Part shown: positions 1 through 13,400 of the stretch, piece by piece
Layout of the letters: each line of letters starts with the position of its first letter
Numbering within the stretch: position 1 is the first letter of the stretch
NCBI GenBank assembly: GCA_964035545.1
Contig: OZ037769.1
Coordinates: 3,763,929-3,827,928, forward strand
Reading direction: 5' to 3'
DNA length: 64,000 nucleotides
From: Bugula neritina
Lineage: Eukaryota; Animalia; Bryozoa
Translations under genes and position numbers: made by a program
The notes under the pieces: generated by a model
Database searches by the model: none
What the model was told of the DNA's origin: nothing
Seen by the model: only the letters and a program-made list of their open reading frames with translations

Positions 1-159
1 TACTAACTTATATTTTTGTGTTGTAAATAATTTTTGGTGTAGTTATAGCAAATGATAAGCTAACATTTAAAAACCTACAAGGATTTTTTATATTTTAGAT
101 AAAACTATTATATGTGAAAAGAAAATGGTCAATTTGTTACAGTTTTCACTCTTCTTTAG

Positions 160-2067
160 GATTTCAGTATTCAGCCATGCAGAACGGTGCGGAATGTTAC
201 TGCTCCAGGGATTATGGCCGACACGGTAGTGTTCCAATGGATGAGTGCAATGTGAAGTGTCCCAGTAACCAGTAGAGTGATTGTGGAGGGGTTTTGAGGA
301 ATTCAGTCTACAGAACAGCCTACATAGGTATGACTCATACGTCTCAACACTGAAGAGAAACAGGAAACTTTACACCATGCTTCAGTTTGGCAAGAGATTA
401 CTTACCAGTTATTAATATGTTGCACTTCTTTATACTGACTAATGCCCATTTCAAAATAATGTACATCTTTTCAGTGTTTTTCAATGAAAGTTGTGTACAG
501 TGCAAAGTTAGCATAGGTATTTCATTGACAGTGTTACTGAAAATTATCATCAACTTTCTGTAAAGGATTTCAATAGTTTTTTACACATCCATTTGAGCAT
601 TTGTTTAATTTTTTAGGGTGCTTTATGGACGATGCGGACAACAGGGCTCTGAACTATTCAGCTTCATTCAACTCTAGTGTTACTTTACTCTCTTGTGCCG
701 TCAAGTGTATGGAGAAAGGTTAGTGTGTTTGCCCAAACCTGGGCCTACTACTTTTAGCCTTATTATATATAAAATCACTAATGACTTTTTATACTAAAGA
801 TGGGATTCATGGAAACATTTTGACATTTTTTCAATTTTAAAATAGCACCCATATAACTCAAAATTTCTGCTATAAATTTTCTATGGGCCAATAATTAAAT
901 TATTGCTCAGTAATCCATATATGATAAAATTGATGCAGGGTATGCTATTGCATGTTTGTGCTTTTAATTAAGTGCAAATATACTTATACTTAGTATTCAT
1001 TTGATTAAATATTACACATAATTTAAGTGATAAGTGAAAAATTTATATTTAATGAGTTGAATTTTGTTGTAAATGCTCATAAAATTAAGTAAATGGCAAT
1101 GTTATTCATTTAAAGGGATACTAGCGGTAGAGCTGCTTTAGAATTTATCTGGTTGTTTTGAGATTGCTATTTTGAACAACAAAAATAATATGAAAGTGTA
1201 AAGGAACAGGAATCAACTACATTTGCAAACTGGAGTAAATATGGTCTACATGTATTGGGTGACAACTCCCTAATGTTGTGGAGTTGTCATTCTATAGCAT
1301 TGGTAAGATTGAATTTGCTGTAATTGAGATCTAAGATACATCTTTATAAATTGTCTTTTACAAAGTGATCCAAGGGTTGAAAAATGCAAAACGATCAGCG
1401 ATCCGAAATAGTTTATCCGCAGTGTAAATTAATTTTGCCCCCACTGCAATAGGAATCGAACCCGAGACCTCTGGCTTGCAAGCAAGTGTGCTAACCATTA
1501 CACCACGGAGACCACTGGGTAAACTCAACACTACATGCAAAATTTGTTGCTTTCATATATTATAGTTTATAATACAGCAAACTGTAACAATTAACTGTCA
1601 AACACTATATTTAAAAATTAATACAAGTATTTGCATATTGAAGTAATTGGTTTTTGGAAGAATTGTGATAAAATTTATAATTGCCTATCAAATTATTTTG
1701 TTACGATATGAAATAATAAAAAATGCTTCGAAAGTACGATAAAATCACTTTATCATTTGTATAGTTGTACTTTTTGCTTAAATAATTTATAATGTAAACA
1801 AACCTTAACATACTATTTTATGAAGCATTTCAAATAGAGAAGACAACTCTAATAATTCTCATATAAAATTAACACCTGTGTACAGGTTATTTCTTTACCG
1901 GGATACAAAATGGAGACAAGTGCTACTGTGGATATGATGTTAACAGGTACAGACAGGTGGCTGATGAAGAGTGTGACATACCCTGTATTGGTGACTCAGA
2001 GGTGATGTGTGGAGGCCATCTTAGAAACTCTGTATACAAAACTCATCAAGATCAAATTATTTTATAA
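160..2067 (+). pseudogene. 3' end of a multi-WSC gene (gene 0); exons 160-327, 617-718, 1886-2067; in-frame TAG at 273-275
   Basis: AG/GT-bounded phase-1 exons translate GFQYSAMQNGAECYCSRDYGRHGSVPMDECNVKCPSNQ*SDCGGVLRNSVYRTAYI / GCFMDDADNRALN...SCAVKCMEK / GYFFTGIQNGDKCYCG...ECDIPCIGDSEVMCGGHLRNSVYKTHQDQIIL*. The WSC cysteine pattern and exon layout match WSC3b-WSC4 of genes A-C. The 5' part lies outside the window. Confidence 0.75.
1433..1535 (-). mobile_element. Short tRNA(Ala-like)-derived interspersed element, family 1
   Basis: Reverse strand reads tgtagtgttgagtttacc-cagtggtctccg-TGGTGTAATGG (A box)...cttgcaag...GGTTCGATTCC (B box)...cagtgggggcaaaa. Related copies at 39557, 41619 and 52210. 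Confidence 0.65.
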
Positions 2068-2570
2068 AAATGAAACCTCAAAAAATATTTATAATTTTGC
2101 ATCAATTACTAAATACCACTAACACCTATTATAGTATTATTGTTTTTTACAATTAGGGCTCATTTGAAAAAATCGCACATTACATGTATTAATTTTTGAT
2201 AAATTTATTAACGTTGTATTACTATATTTTTATGTACAATATGTAAATAATCTTAATTTATTATTTTACCTTATTTTTATACCTTCCGATATACTTTGGG
2301 ATCAAATTTTTTTATTGAACATGAAGTTATATTTAAAAAGCATTCTATTTCAGTAGCATTATTGCATAAAGCAGTAATCAGCAATTCTTTTGGTTGTCTT
2401 TCAAAACGAAATTAATCAGCACAACAAATTGCACCTGAGCATTCTGGTCTCTACTTCGCTTAAAGTCATGAGATGAAGCTTTTCAGTCTGACCCAATCAC
2501 AGCTTTTGTTATTGTTATTATAACAAATTCACAACTCAATTTTATTATAGAAAAAGCATATTATGCTCTG

Positions 2571-3687
2571 TGTAAAGTTATCACATATACTCTAGAGCAT
2601 AATTATTTCAAGTTGTAAAAGCAGAATAACCGAATGAATATTCAACAGTTTATTAAGCATTCAACGTTGCGCTTAGCGCAACGTTCTACTCAAATAGATG
2701 ATCACGTCACGTGATTCTTGCCTATACACGCAATGCAACGACTGCAATAGTTGTCAATTCATTAATTAGATAACAGCACGCCCTCGCCCATTGGCTGTAG
2801 CCTTACGTCTTGGCAGCCCGGATGTTTCAGTGCAGACGTTGACCCTACAGTTAGTAGAATAGTAGCACGCTGGCAATGCAAGTTCCATCGCATAAATAAC
2901 AATAAATTTTAATGATATAATTAGCAAAATATAAATGAATTTGAATTGGAATTAACTTCAAGAGGCACAGGTTAGTTTTGTTTTTCAGTATTTGTATGAT
3001 TTGAAGCTTTCCTTAAGTATTGATTATCTATTTCAACTTAATAATAAATATTTGGTTTATTTAACATGTTTAGGAGTTTAACAAGTTTGAAATACCAGTG
3101 TGGTGGGTGCATGATGAAATTCATGGCTATGTGTTTACTTTATATTAGATTTCTCATAAAATTACAATTTCTTAAGACAGGCTCTCCAGTTATTGATCAG
3201 ATTGTCACAAGATAGAATCCTAATTTGTAGCTTAAAGTTTTACTTTTACTCATATCAGTAATTTACTGCAACTAATAATTCAAGTCAACTTTTAATACAA
3301 GTTCAATCTTTGTTTATGTTACATATGCACTAATACTTGTCTTAACTGATAATTAATTAACTTTGTCTATGGCAGTTATCATTTGTTGTCATTTTTATTA
3401 TAAACTTTAATATTTTTAGTAGACCTACAATGTCATTTCCTAGAGTCAAACTCACCCTAGCTAGCCACTAAAAGAAGGCAAGAGGTGATTAATCTAAAAT
3501 CCGCATATATGTTTGAATACTTTACAATGTCATAAATAATTTTTGTTTGTTAATTGTTTTAAAAACCTATTATAATTGTATATATTAACCTACTTTTATA
3601 GTTTCTTACGGCAGTTGGAATACGTAAAAATAAAGTTACGAAAACCAACACCAGTACAACTCATCTATAGTTAGTGGCGACGCTACA
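2571..3687 (+). repeat. 5' LTR
   Basis: TG...CA termini; no difference from 5733-6849 found by eye. Confidence 0.92.
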
Positions 3688-4325
3688 GTAAGAAACTCAA
3701 CCATCTGTGAGACAAAAGCTAAAGAATTCAATAGAGGCCTGTCCTGAGAAATTTTAGCAAACCACCAGGAAGTTTCAGCAATCAACTCCTTAGAGAGGCA
3801 GCTGAGTACCCCTGCTCCATATATCATACAGTATTAGCTGATAAGGCTAGTTGACTGTAAAGTCCAAGTGACAGTTTTAAATGAGGAATTAATTAAAAGG
3901 TCATTTTAATTGTTTTGCCCTAGCTCTTATGAAAGAGCAATTTACTATCCTAAGTTATTATTAAAATATTTGATGAGCTGATTTAAAATATTTGAATAGA
4001 GTCACTCTGAATATTGTTTGTTTTTGATAAAATAGTGTGCTACTTTTCATACCTATTGTAAGTGGGAAACTGATCAATTAACAGGGAGCTTGCAATGTCA
4101 CCATAACTAAACAAACTAGTAGGTAAACAGCACTCGCAGTGCATTGTAGTTCTGCAATTCACATATCCTTGAATTTGCCTTGTGCATAGATCACACTGTG
4201 TGCCTGTGATTTTTCCCTTCGCATTGTAGTCAGGTTTTTGTTGCAGCCTCACTAGGTACTTATTCAGTGTTTTCTATTGTTTACAGTAAAATTAGTATCT
4301 CTGTCATACTGAATTGAAAATAACC

Positions 4326-5693
4326 ATGAATAGGTTACATGCCGATCAAGATTATCTCGTACAAACAATGGAAAGACAACTTTACTTAAAGACCCATAAT
4401 GTTCATTTTGGAACAAATAAATTTAGTTCTATAAACAAAGCAGATAAATCCTCTAGGCGACTGCGACAAGCTGCTGCCAATGCTGAGGCTAAGATAATTG
4501 AGTTACAGGCTAAACTAGAAGCTGAAAAGAAAAATGAAGAGCTAGAAATCCAAGAGTAAGAACTTGCATCCAAGAAGCGGCAAGTCAGTCAAAGGAAGCT
4601 AATGCTGAAAATCGAAGCTGAGAGACAGAAATCTAAACTTCTCAACAATGAAGCAAAGAAGCGGGAAAGTGAGAACAGTCTCTTTCTGACACCCTCAAAA
4701 CAACAAACATCTCTTCAACAAGATTTCATATTTGATGAAACACTATTATACGACAACATAAATCTCAAGCCCAATTCAACTGAAGTGCCAGTGGCAGTGG
4801 CTATATCAGCTGAACAAGCATCTGAAGTTTCTCCACCACCCGAAAATAGGTTAACAAGTCATCCCAAGACATCTGCAAAAACAATAACTGAATCCATGAA
4901 AACAACTAAAACTCCTACAGCAGAACCAACAGTCTTTGATGGTGATTCTCTAAAGTATAACAAGCGAAAGCACAGTTTCAATGCTCCAATGGTGTGCAAG
5001 GCTATATGTAATGAAGAAAAACTGAGTTATTTACCCAAATACATCTCACCAGTAGTTGAGGAAACCATGTCTGTACAAACACCTCTTGACTGGAACATTG
5101 TAGGTCAAGTAAATAAGAGAAACCTAAAACATAAACCCCAAAGAACTCACTTTAAATCTAAGAACAAGTCCCCATCCTGCAAGATCATATATTCTCTTGA
5201 AAAAGACTCTGAGAACACTAAAGACACCACACAGAATACTCTCTCTCAGGGTGATAATAAATTGATGAATATCACTCATGACGGCATCAAACGAGAAAAT
5301 GGAATCTACACTATTTTTCTAACCTTGAAGCCGAAGCTGGACACATCCAATACTAAATTGATCCCACAAAAAAGGTTCCGCTTGTTAAAACAAAAATCAT
5401 CAAAGCAGCCAGAAATCATGCAAGAGTATACAGCTTTCACAAATGACGCCATACTATGTAAAGGCCACCCTGAGACAATCCCAGACGAGAAATCTAACAT
5501 CCTGCTACAGGAAACAAGCTGCAAACACCGTGTTGGTTTACGCCCGCCGAGAAAACGTTGGCGGCAGGTCCGAAAGGGTAAACTACTCTTAGCTGACGGC
5601 AGTCTAGATAAGAACGGGAAACTGAAATCTAACTTTAGCTACCTGGAGAGACCAAGTCACTCTATAGTAGTAATTCAAAGGGCGCAGTATTAG
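4326..5693 (+). pseudogene. Deleted Bel/Pao gag-pol remnant (ORFs 4314-4559 and 4602-5693 share one frame, separated by one TAA)
   Basis: Collinear fragments: coiled coil; PTAEPTVFDGDSLKY...EEKLSYLPKYI (gag DUF1759-like); VQTPLDWNIVG (post-protease motif); KRFRLLKQK...EYTAFTNDAI (pre-RT); RKRWRQV+RKGKLLLADGSLDKNGK...LERP (post-integrase DUF5641-like). No RT, RNase H or integrase core is visible. Confidence 0.75.
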
Positions 5694-5732
5694 GTTTTGA
5701 TTCGCCAATTTAGGACGAATCAAAGGGGGGAG

Positions 5733-6849
5733 TGTAAAGTTATCACATATACTCTAGAGCATAATTATTTCAAGTTGTAAAAGCAGAATAACCGAATGAA
5801 TATTCAACAGTTTATTAAGCATTCAACGTTGCGCTTAGCGCAACGTTCTACTCAAATAGATGATCACGTCACGTGATTCTTGCCTATACACGCAATGCAA
5901 CGACTGCAATAGTTGTCAATTCATTAATTAGATAACAGCACGCCCTCGCCCATTGGCTGTAGCCTTACGTCTTGGCAGCCCGGATGTTTCAGTGCAGACG
6001 TTGACCCTACAGTTAGTAGAATAGTAGCACGCTGGCAATGCAAGTTCCATCGCATAAATAACAATAAATTTTAATGATATAATTAGCAAAATATAAATGA
6101 ATTTGAATTGGAATTAACTTCAAGAGGCACAGGTTAGTTTTGTTTTTCAGTATTTGTATGATTTGAAGCTTTCCTTAAGTATTGATTATCTATTTCAACT
6201 TAATAATAAATATTTGGTTTATTTAACATGTTTAGGAGTTTAACAAGTTTGAAATACCAGTGTGGTGGGTGCATGATGAAATTCATGGCTATGTGTTTAC
6301 TTTATATTAGATTTCTCATAAAATTACAATTTCTTAAGACAGGCTCTCCAGTTATTGATCAGATTGTCACAAGATAGAATCCTAATTTGTAGCTTAAAGT
6401 TTTACTTTTACTCATATCAGTAATTTACTGCAACTAATAATTCAAGTCAACTTTTAATACAAGTTCAATCTTTGTTTATGTTACATATGCACTAATACTT
6501 GTCTTAACTGATAATTAATTAACTTTGTCTATGGCAGTTATCATTTGTTGTCATTTTTATTATAAACTTTAATATTTTTAGTAGACCTACAATGTCATTT
6601 CCTAGAGTCAAACTCACCCTAGCTAGCCACTAAAAGAAGGCAAGAGGTGATTAATCTAAAATCCGCATATATGTTTGAATACTTTACAATGTCATAAATA
6701 ATTTTTGTTTGTTAATTGTTTTAAAAACCTATTATAATTGTATATATTAACCTACTTTTATAGTTTCTTACGGCAGTTGGAATACGTAAAAATAAAGTTA
6801 CGAAAACCAACACCAGTACAACTCATCTATAGTTAGTGGCGACGCTACA
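5733..6849 (+). repeat. 3' LTR
   Basis: Follows the PPT, ends ...GACGCTACA, then TSD CTCTG. Confidence 0.92.
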
Positions 6850-7481
6850 CTCTGCAAAGCATCGTATAAATGACTGCATTAAAGGAATAGACAAATTAAA
6901 ATAACTTAGGTGAAGCTATAGAAAATATGTTGATCATAATTTGATCAGTATAATATGTTTGAATAGGTAGGCTTTGCATTCAATTCCTTTGTACAAAAGA
7001 ACTGGTTGCACGGCATAATTGTCCTGTGTATTGATTTATTACGTCATTCATATTATTGTGTAACACGGCATCAGTTTGCAATATAGACTGCAGCTACAGG
7101 CAAGTATGTCTAAACTTATTGCTTGGCTACTAGTATAGGAGTTGAAAAGTAGAATGAATTATTACCATAAGATTGACTATACAAATGTGTTAGGCCTTCA
7201 AAGCATCAGCCCTGTTAGATGGTTATAGCTGATGAGAAACTGTTACAAACTATAATTAGGTAATGTAATATTTGTAAACTTTTTTAAAACAGATCATTTA
7301 GTGTAAAAGTAGAAATAGTTTTCATCGTTAAACTGCACGTATTGTTACTAGAGCTTTCCTAGGCAGCTTATAGAATTCGAATACAATACATTTAACATCT
7401 CACTATAGTATGTCATCATTCATCTTCCCAGTCACTTGTCAGGTATTGGATATCTTATTATAGGGACACTAGAGTGGCAAA

Positions 7482-10400
7482 ATGACTGAAACAGAAATGA
7501 ACGAATATGCAGCTATTAAAGACCAGAATAATTATCAGGGTTTATCAGCACCTCAGCCTGTGGGAAACATACCAACACATGCATTAAACCCTCAGCCTGG
7601 TCAACCCTCTCCAGGTTACCAACAGCAGTTTGTACCCCAACAAGGATATGCCCCTAATATGCAGCCTCCACCTGGATATGCCCCTCATCCACAACAGCAG
7701 CCTGGATATGCCCCTCATCTACAACAGCAGCCTGGATATGCCCCTCAGATGTACATGCCACCTGAATATGCCCAACACACATACTTCACGAAAAACACAA
7801 ATGTTCACCAACCAAATAACAACCAATTAGCTTCTATCCCTCAGCCAGTATTTGCCACTCCTAGTTCTGGAGTAGCACCTGCACAAGCACCTGCTTATAA
7901 TGGACATGGCACTGGCCAGCAGGTGGTGACACAGACGACTCAGTCTCTTCTAAATGTGAGTTTCTATATATCTATCCCATAGTTATATATGTATTTTTGT
8001 TATTAGATTTGCATATATATAATAAGACAATAATTATTATGAATATTATACAAAAAATGCAGTTATGGCTTGGAAGTTTCAATATAAGTTGATATCAAAT
8101 GTGCTCACATGCACAAATATTCTTAGTTTAATGTAAACAATGCTTTACATAATATTATTCTTACTGTATTAGGGTCTTTAATCGCCTAAAATTATTTAAC
8201 AACTTAGTTTAGACTTTAGAGTAAGTATAATAATCATATTAAAAATTACAGTATAAGTTAAATAGCATGTTTTTCTGTAGGTAACAGACACAGGTTCAAC
8301 ATGCTGGATGGTTGTTGGAATTCTGACGGCCATATTGTGCTGCCTGCCACTGGGAATTGCTGGTGCTGTCATGGCATTTTTATCTGGTGAAGATGCTAGA
8401 GGAGGAAATGCTGCTTCCTACAAGACAAAGATCTGTCAGTCTAAAGCTCTGACACTCACAGGACTAGGAATTGGGTTGGCGATAATTATAGCTGCAGTAA
8501 CTGTGGTGGGTAATTGTTGAAATACTTTTTCTAAACAAACAGTATGCATGTGATGCACTATAAAAAGTTTTACGGTATAATCAATATATTCCTAAGCAAG
8601 ATATTCAAAACTGAATCTAAAAACTTAATCAATGCCTTTAAATTGATTAAAAACTAACATAGGTAACTCTAGTACTTTTTCCAAAAAGCTAAGCTAGTTA
8701 TTTGAATTGATGACTAATTGCATGATAAGTTTATATAATAGGCTCGCTGCTAAGAAGCCAAAACATGTGTCTAAAGTTTTCAGCTGAATATAGACACGAT
8801 TGAATTAGCAAAGAAGACTGTCAAGTTTTATTTTTATAACTATAATAAATGGGTTTCAATACAGGAATAAAAAATGAATGCATTGCATTGTATACGTTCA
8901 CTTCAGTATTGTATAATCTCTATTTCTATGCTATATTGTAGTACGTATTGCATATCTGTGTTTATATATATATACATGGTATTACTCTACTGTTTTATAT
9001 CTGTGTATATAACATTAATTGCAGGTCTTATATACAAATGTCTATAGTAATAATATCTAGAATATAACGTGGGTATATTTTCATGATTGTAATGTATATG
9101 TGTTTAGATATAGGTATATAGTAGTCTACACTGCATAAATACTGTATATAATATATACTTATGTCTAAATGATCAATTTAAAAGGAAATACTATGTTAAA
9201 TTTGTTTGGTAAGCTCTCTTTATAATTCATTTTATCTAACTTATTGTATTAATTTTCAAATTTTATGGTTTTAATTTTTAGGGTTTGGTAGCAATAAACA
9301 ACGATTACATTAGTTATGATGTCATAACTCCTGAATATTATACTCAACAATGGACAAGTAAGTATTATGCTGAATAGTAGATAAATGCTCAGTCACTTAA
9401 TTATAGGTACATAGGATTGTGAAATGATTTAATTAGATGACTTTTGGTGTTTATTGATTCGCATATGATCAAAAATGAATATATAATATTATCCAATCTG
9501 AGTTATTTAATTAAATATTTTATATAAAAATAAATTTATTATCAAAAAGCAGATAAAATTTCATACAAGTAAAAGTCAAAAATTAAAATGATTATGTCAA
9601 TTGTTAACGTATAATTTTTTTATTTATCTTATAAAAATATTATATATTTCAGCATTTTTGTTTGGTTAAAAGATGAATATTTTCTTTAATCAAACAACGT
9701 AAAAGATTACAATAAGTAAAACCAAATAACATACAATACATCTTTGTCGTTACATTATAGCTGAAGCCATTTACATGGGATGCTATGAGGATGATATCAT
9801 ATTCCGAGATCTTGATGGAGATTTCTATGACTTTGGAACAGACAACTCCGTCTCAAAGTGTAGCAGTTACTGCTCTGAAAGAGGTAAAAGAAGTTGCTGT
9901 TTAGTTTTAAATTCCGACATTGTTGAATATAAGCCCTCTTCATGTGAGAAGATGAAATCTTCACTTTATGTTGCTTTTAATAATTTACTATTCTAGATAA
10001 AACTTATTCTTAATAATATGAACTAGAATAAATTTACTTCCAGTCAAAAGTAAAATAATTTTCTTTTAAAGTTACCTATTTTGTTTGACAGAAATTTTGC
10101 AAAATGCATCATCAATAAAGAAAAGTTCAAATATGTGCATAGCTACAAATTGTAGCCACAGAAACAAATTACCTTCCCTGTCATTATTCCCACAGTTATT
10201 TTTATCCTGTAATATGGCAATAGCTTCGTTAGCATATAGCAATTGTTTTGTAAACTTGTATTCATTGTCCATCAATTATAGTTGGATTAAACATTGATAA
10301 GTGTCTATAAGTTCAATACATTGTATTCTAAATTATATGTAAAAAAGTATTTTTTCAGGTTACAAATATGCAGGCCTGCAGGAAGGAAACCTGTGCTACT

Positions 10401-13400
10401 GCGGATACTTTTTTGGCTCAATTTCTCCGTTGGATCAGACTCAATGCGACTCTCGCTGCCCTGCTGATAACAGAGAATGTGGAGGGTATCTCATCAACTC
10501 TGTGTACAGAACAAACTATCTTGGTGAGTATCTTTAATATATCACTTTCTTGACTTATAATTCTTGTAGTGCTTAGTACATATGTTGGTTTGAGCTTATA
10601 GTTTTAATTCTGGTTTGTATTTGTATTTCAGTAGTATCTAGGGTAAAATAAACCTATCGGCATAAGCTAATGCTTTGAAGTGATGTGTGTCAGCTTTGTT
10701 TAGTTTCTTATGATAGGTCACATGACAGGTTTTGATGTAGCTGAGTAAATTACCAATCTTATAGATTATTATAAACTAGTACTTGTAACATATATGTACA
10801 CATTCTAGTTTAGTATTACTTTTGATTTGTATTTTAAACCCAATCCTAATTATTACCAAGAAATCTGATCATACTAATTGTTATTGGTCAGCACACAATA
10901 AAGGTTGGTTACAGAGCTGTTTAAGTTGTTTAATAATTCCTTTTTTCAAATTTATTTGCTTGATTTTTTTCCAAATACAAGTATATGCTTTATTAAATTC
11001 AATAAACTACATATACACATAAATGTAAGCTAAAATATTTTTAACTATTTTAGCAGAAAACTTCCACTAACGGTGCATAGCGTACTTACAAAAAAATTAA
11101 ATATGATTGCCAGAGATCTGTCAAAATAGTTTCTGTCATTTGGGCATAATTTTCTGTCATTTGGTTATAATTTTTACTATATCATGCACAATGATGTCTC
11201 CAGAAATTTTGTGCCAACTTAAAATAAAAAAGCATTTGTTTTCCAGCAGGACTGTCAAACTGCTTAGCGCAATGACTAAATATTTATATATCACTACGAG
11301 AACTATACAGCTTTCTTGTAAACAGCACTTCAGCATTGAAAACTAAGCCAAAGATTATACATTAATTAGCAATTTATACACTAATATTATGTAATTGCAC
11401 AAATTTATTTGCAGGTTGCTTTAAGGACATCAGTTTCGATGTATCTTTAGATTCCCAATACTATTTAGACTACTTTGACGCTGTACCACAGGTCTGCACA
11501 TCAAAGTGTGGTGATAAAGGTAAGTGAAATGCATTATTATTTTCTTTTGGTATACAAAACTATACGTGAAACTCGCAATAGTTATCATCAGTTTCAGATT
11601 TGGAGCTCAACAAATATTGACAACAATTATAAGAAATGACTCTAAATCGAAATGGAAATTAATTGCAAAGACTAATTGATGGAATACTCAAACGACTGAG
11701 TAGTGATCAGATAGTTTAGTATTATGCCACATAGTAATGCAGAAACGCTAAAGTATACTTTTTCATTGCACATATTATAATGCTATGTTTGAAAACCTGC
11801 AAAGGTGGGCATCTGCTTAAAAAGTCTTAAAATAAAAATCACGGCAAAGTTTCAAATTTTCAACACCTTCTCAATGAAATGTGTTTTAGGATTAAAGTTT
11901 GCGGCACTAAGTGGTAGGTACTGCTACTGTAGCAATGACCCAAACAGATATGGTGAAGTTTCCTATGAAGATTGTGATGTGAAATGTAGTTCCAACAGTG
12001 AACTTCTGTGTGGTGGTAGTAGCGAGAATTCAGTGTTCAAAACTGATGCTAATAGTAAGCCCCTACCTATATAATATTCAGGAAATATTGTAGAAAGCTC
12101 AGTCTACTTTTAATAGCATATACGATTACATCACACAGCAAAATTTCGATAATATGCCTATATAATAAAACATACACCAATATATCAAATGAAAATAACA
12201 ATATATTTGCTTAAAATCATTTTGCTGATGTGTACAGTTTATTTATAATTGCATTATTATAAAACTATGACGCTGGCCACAGTTTTGATAAAAGTAATTA
12301 TTGCTGAATTGAAATATTTAGTTGTTGCAATTATGTTTATTGAGATTTACTTCCTTCAAAACTGACCTAAGATAATCAACTTTGCAAGATAAAGAGCCAT
12401 TGCCGTAAACAAAAGTAAAAATGTCCATCCAGGATTACAGATAATGGAAAACCAGCTACGCATACCGGGCATGTTTTACTTCGGAGGCTGAAGTTTTTAA
12501 GTACCCTTAGAGTACTATAGTTTTTCAAATTAACCAAGTACACTTTAGGCTTTTGAATAAAGTTAAAAATAATTAAAAGCTTCAATATACTAAATAATTA
12601 TGAAATTCTTTTACCTTATAGCTCTAATCAAACAAACAAAACTAAAACTCTCACATGTATAAACTATTGCTTTAGGTGATAAAACATATCACTATCTTGG
12701 CTGCTACAAAGATTCTACTTTTACAGATGAACTACCAGAGTATATATACTCTTTGGACAACAGCCCCAGTTGGTGCGCATCTACATGTTCAACTAGAGGT
12801 AAGTAAGTCGTGCTACGAGTCATACTTTGGTTGCTAAAAATACTTCGAGAGTTGAAGAGAGTTTTTATTAAAACAAAATAGCTGCTGGTATTTACAATTA
12901 ACAATTTACAGTTGATAGGTAACTATTAAGCTTGACCATATAGAGTAGTTATATTAACCTATGTCTGATAGTCAGGTTATAGGATGCCATCTTCAACTGT
13001 ATAATTCTAAATTAGTTGCTGGAAAAATAAACATCATGCACTTTGATAAAAACATGAATTTAAACTAAAGCTAAATCACAAAATTAAACGTTTAGTTTTT
13101 TCAGTGTGCACAAAAGCATGGTTAAATAGTAGTATATATTAGTAGCTAGTTTATTGCAAAATTTTAGTTGTCATGGTTTTTAGTTGAATTAGTAAAAAGT
13201 TAGCTCAATATATTAATTTAATGAGTTTATTATTACCAGGTTACAGATATGCTGGACTACAATCAGGGACTGAGTGTTACTGTGGACAGTCTTACGGTTC
13301 GTATGGTGAGTCATATGATTGTTACTCAAATTGTCCAGTTGGAAATGAATTCTGTGGAGGACCATCATCCAACTCTATCTACAAAACAGACTACTTCGGT

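Larger units (their letters stand above)
2571..6849 (+). mobile_element. Non-autonomous, internally deleted Bel/Pao-type LTR retrotransposon
   Basis: Direct repeats 2571-3687 and 5733-6849 (1117 bp each, TGTA...TACA). 5-bp TSD CTCTG at 2566-2570 and 6850-6854. Polypurine tract AAAGGGGGGAG at 5722-5732. The internal ORF carries Bel/Pao-like motifs. Confidence 0.92.

Noticed and set aside
1455-1515. Functional tRNA-Ala gene
   Set aside because: Acceptor and anticodon stems do not pair properly and the copies are diverged and intronic; treated as a repeat.
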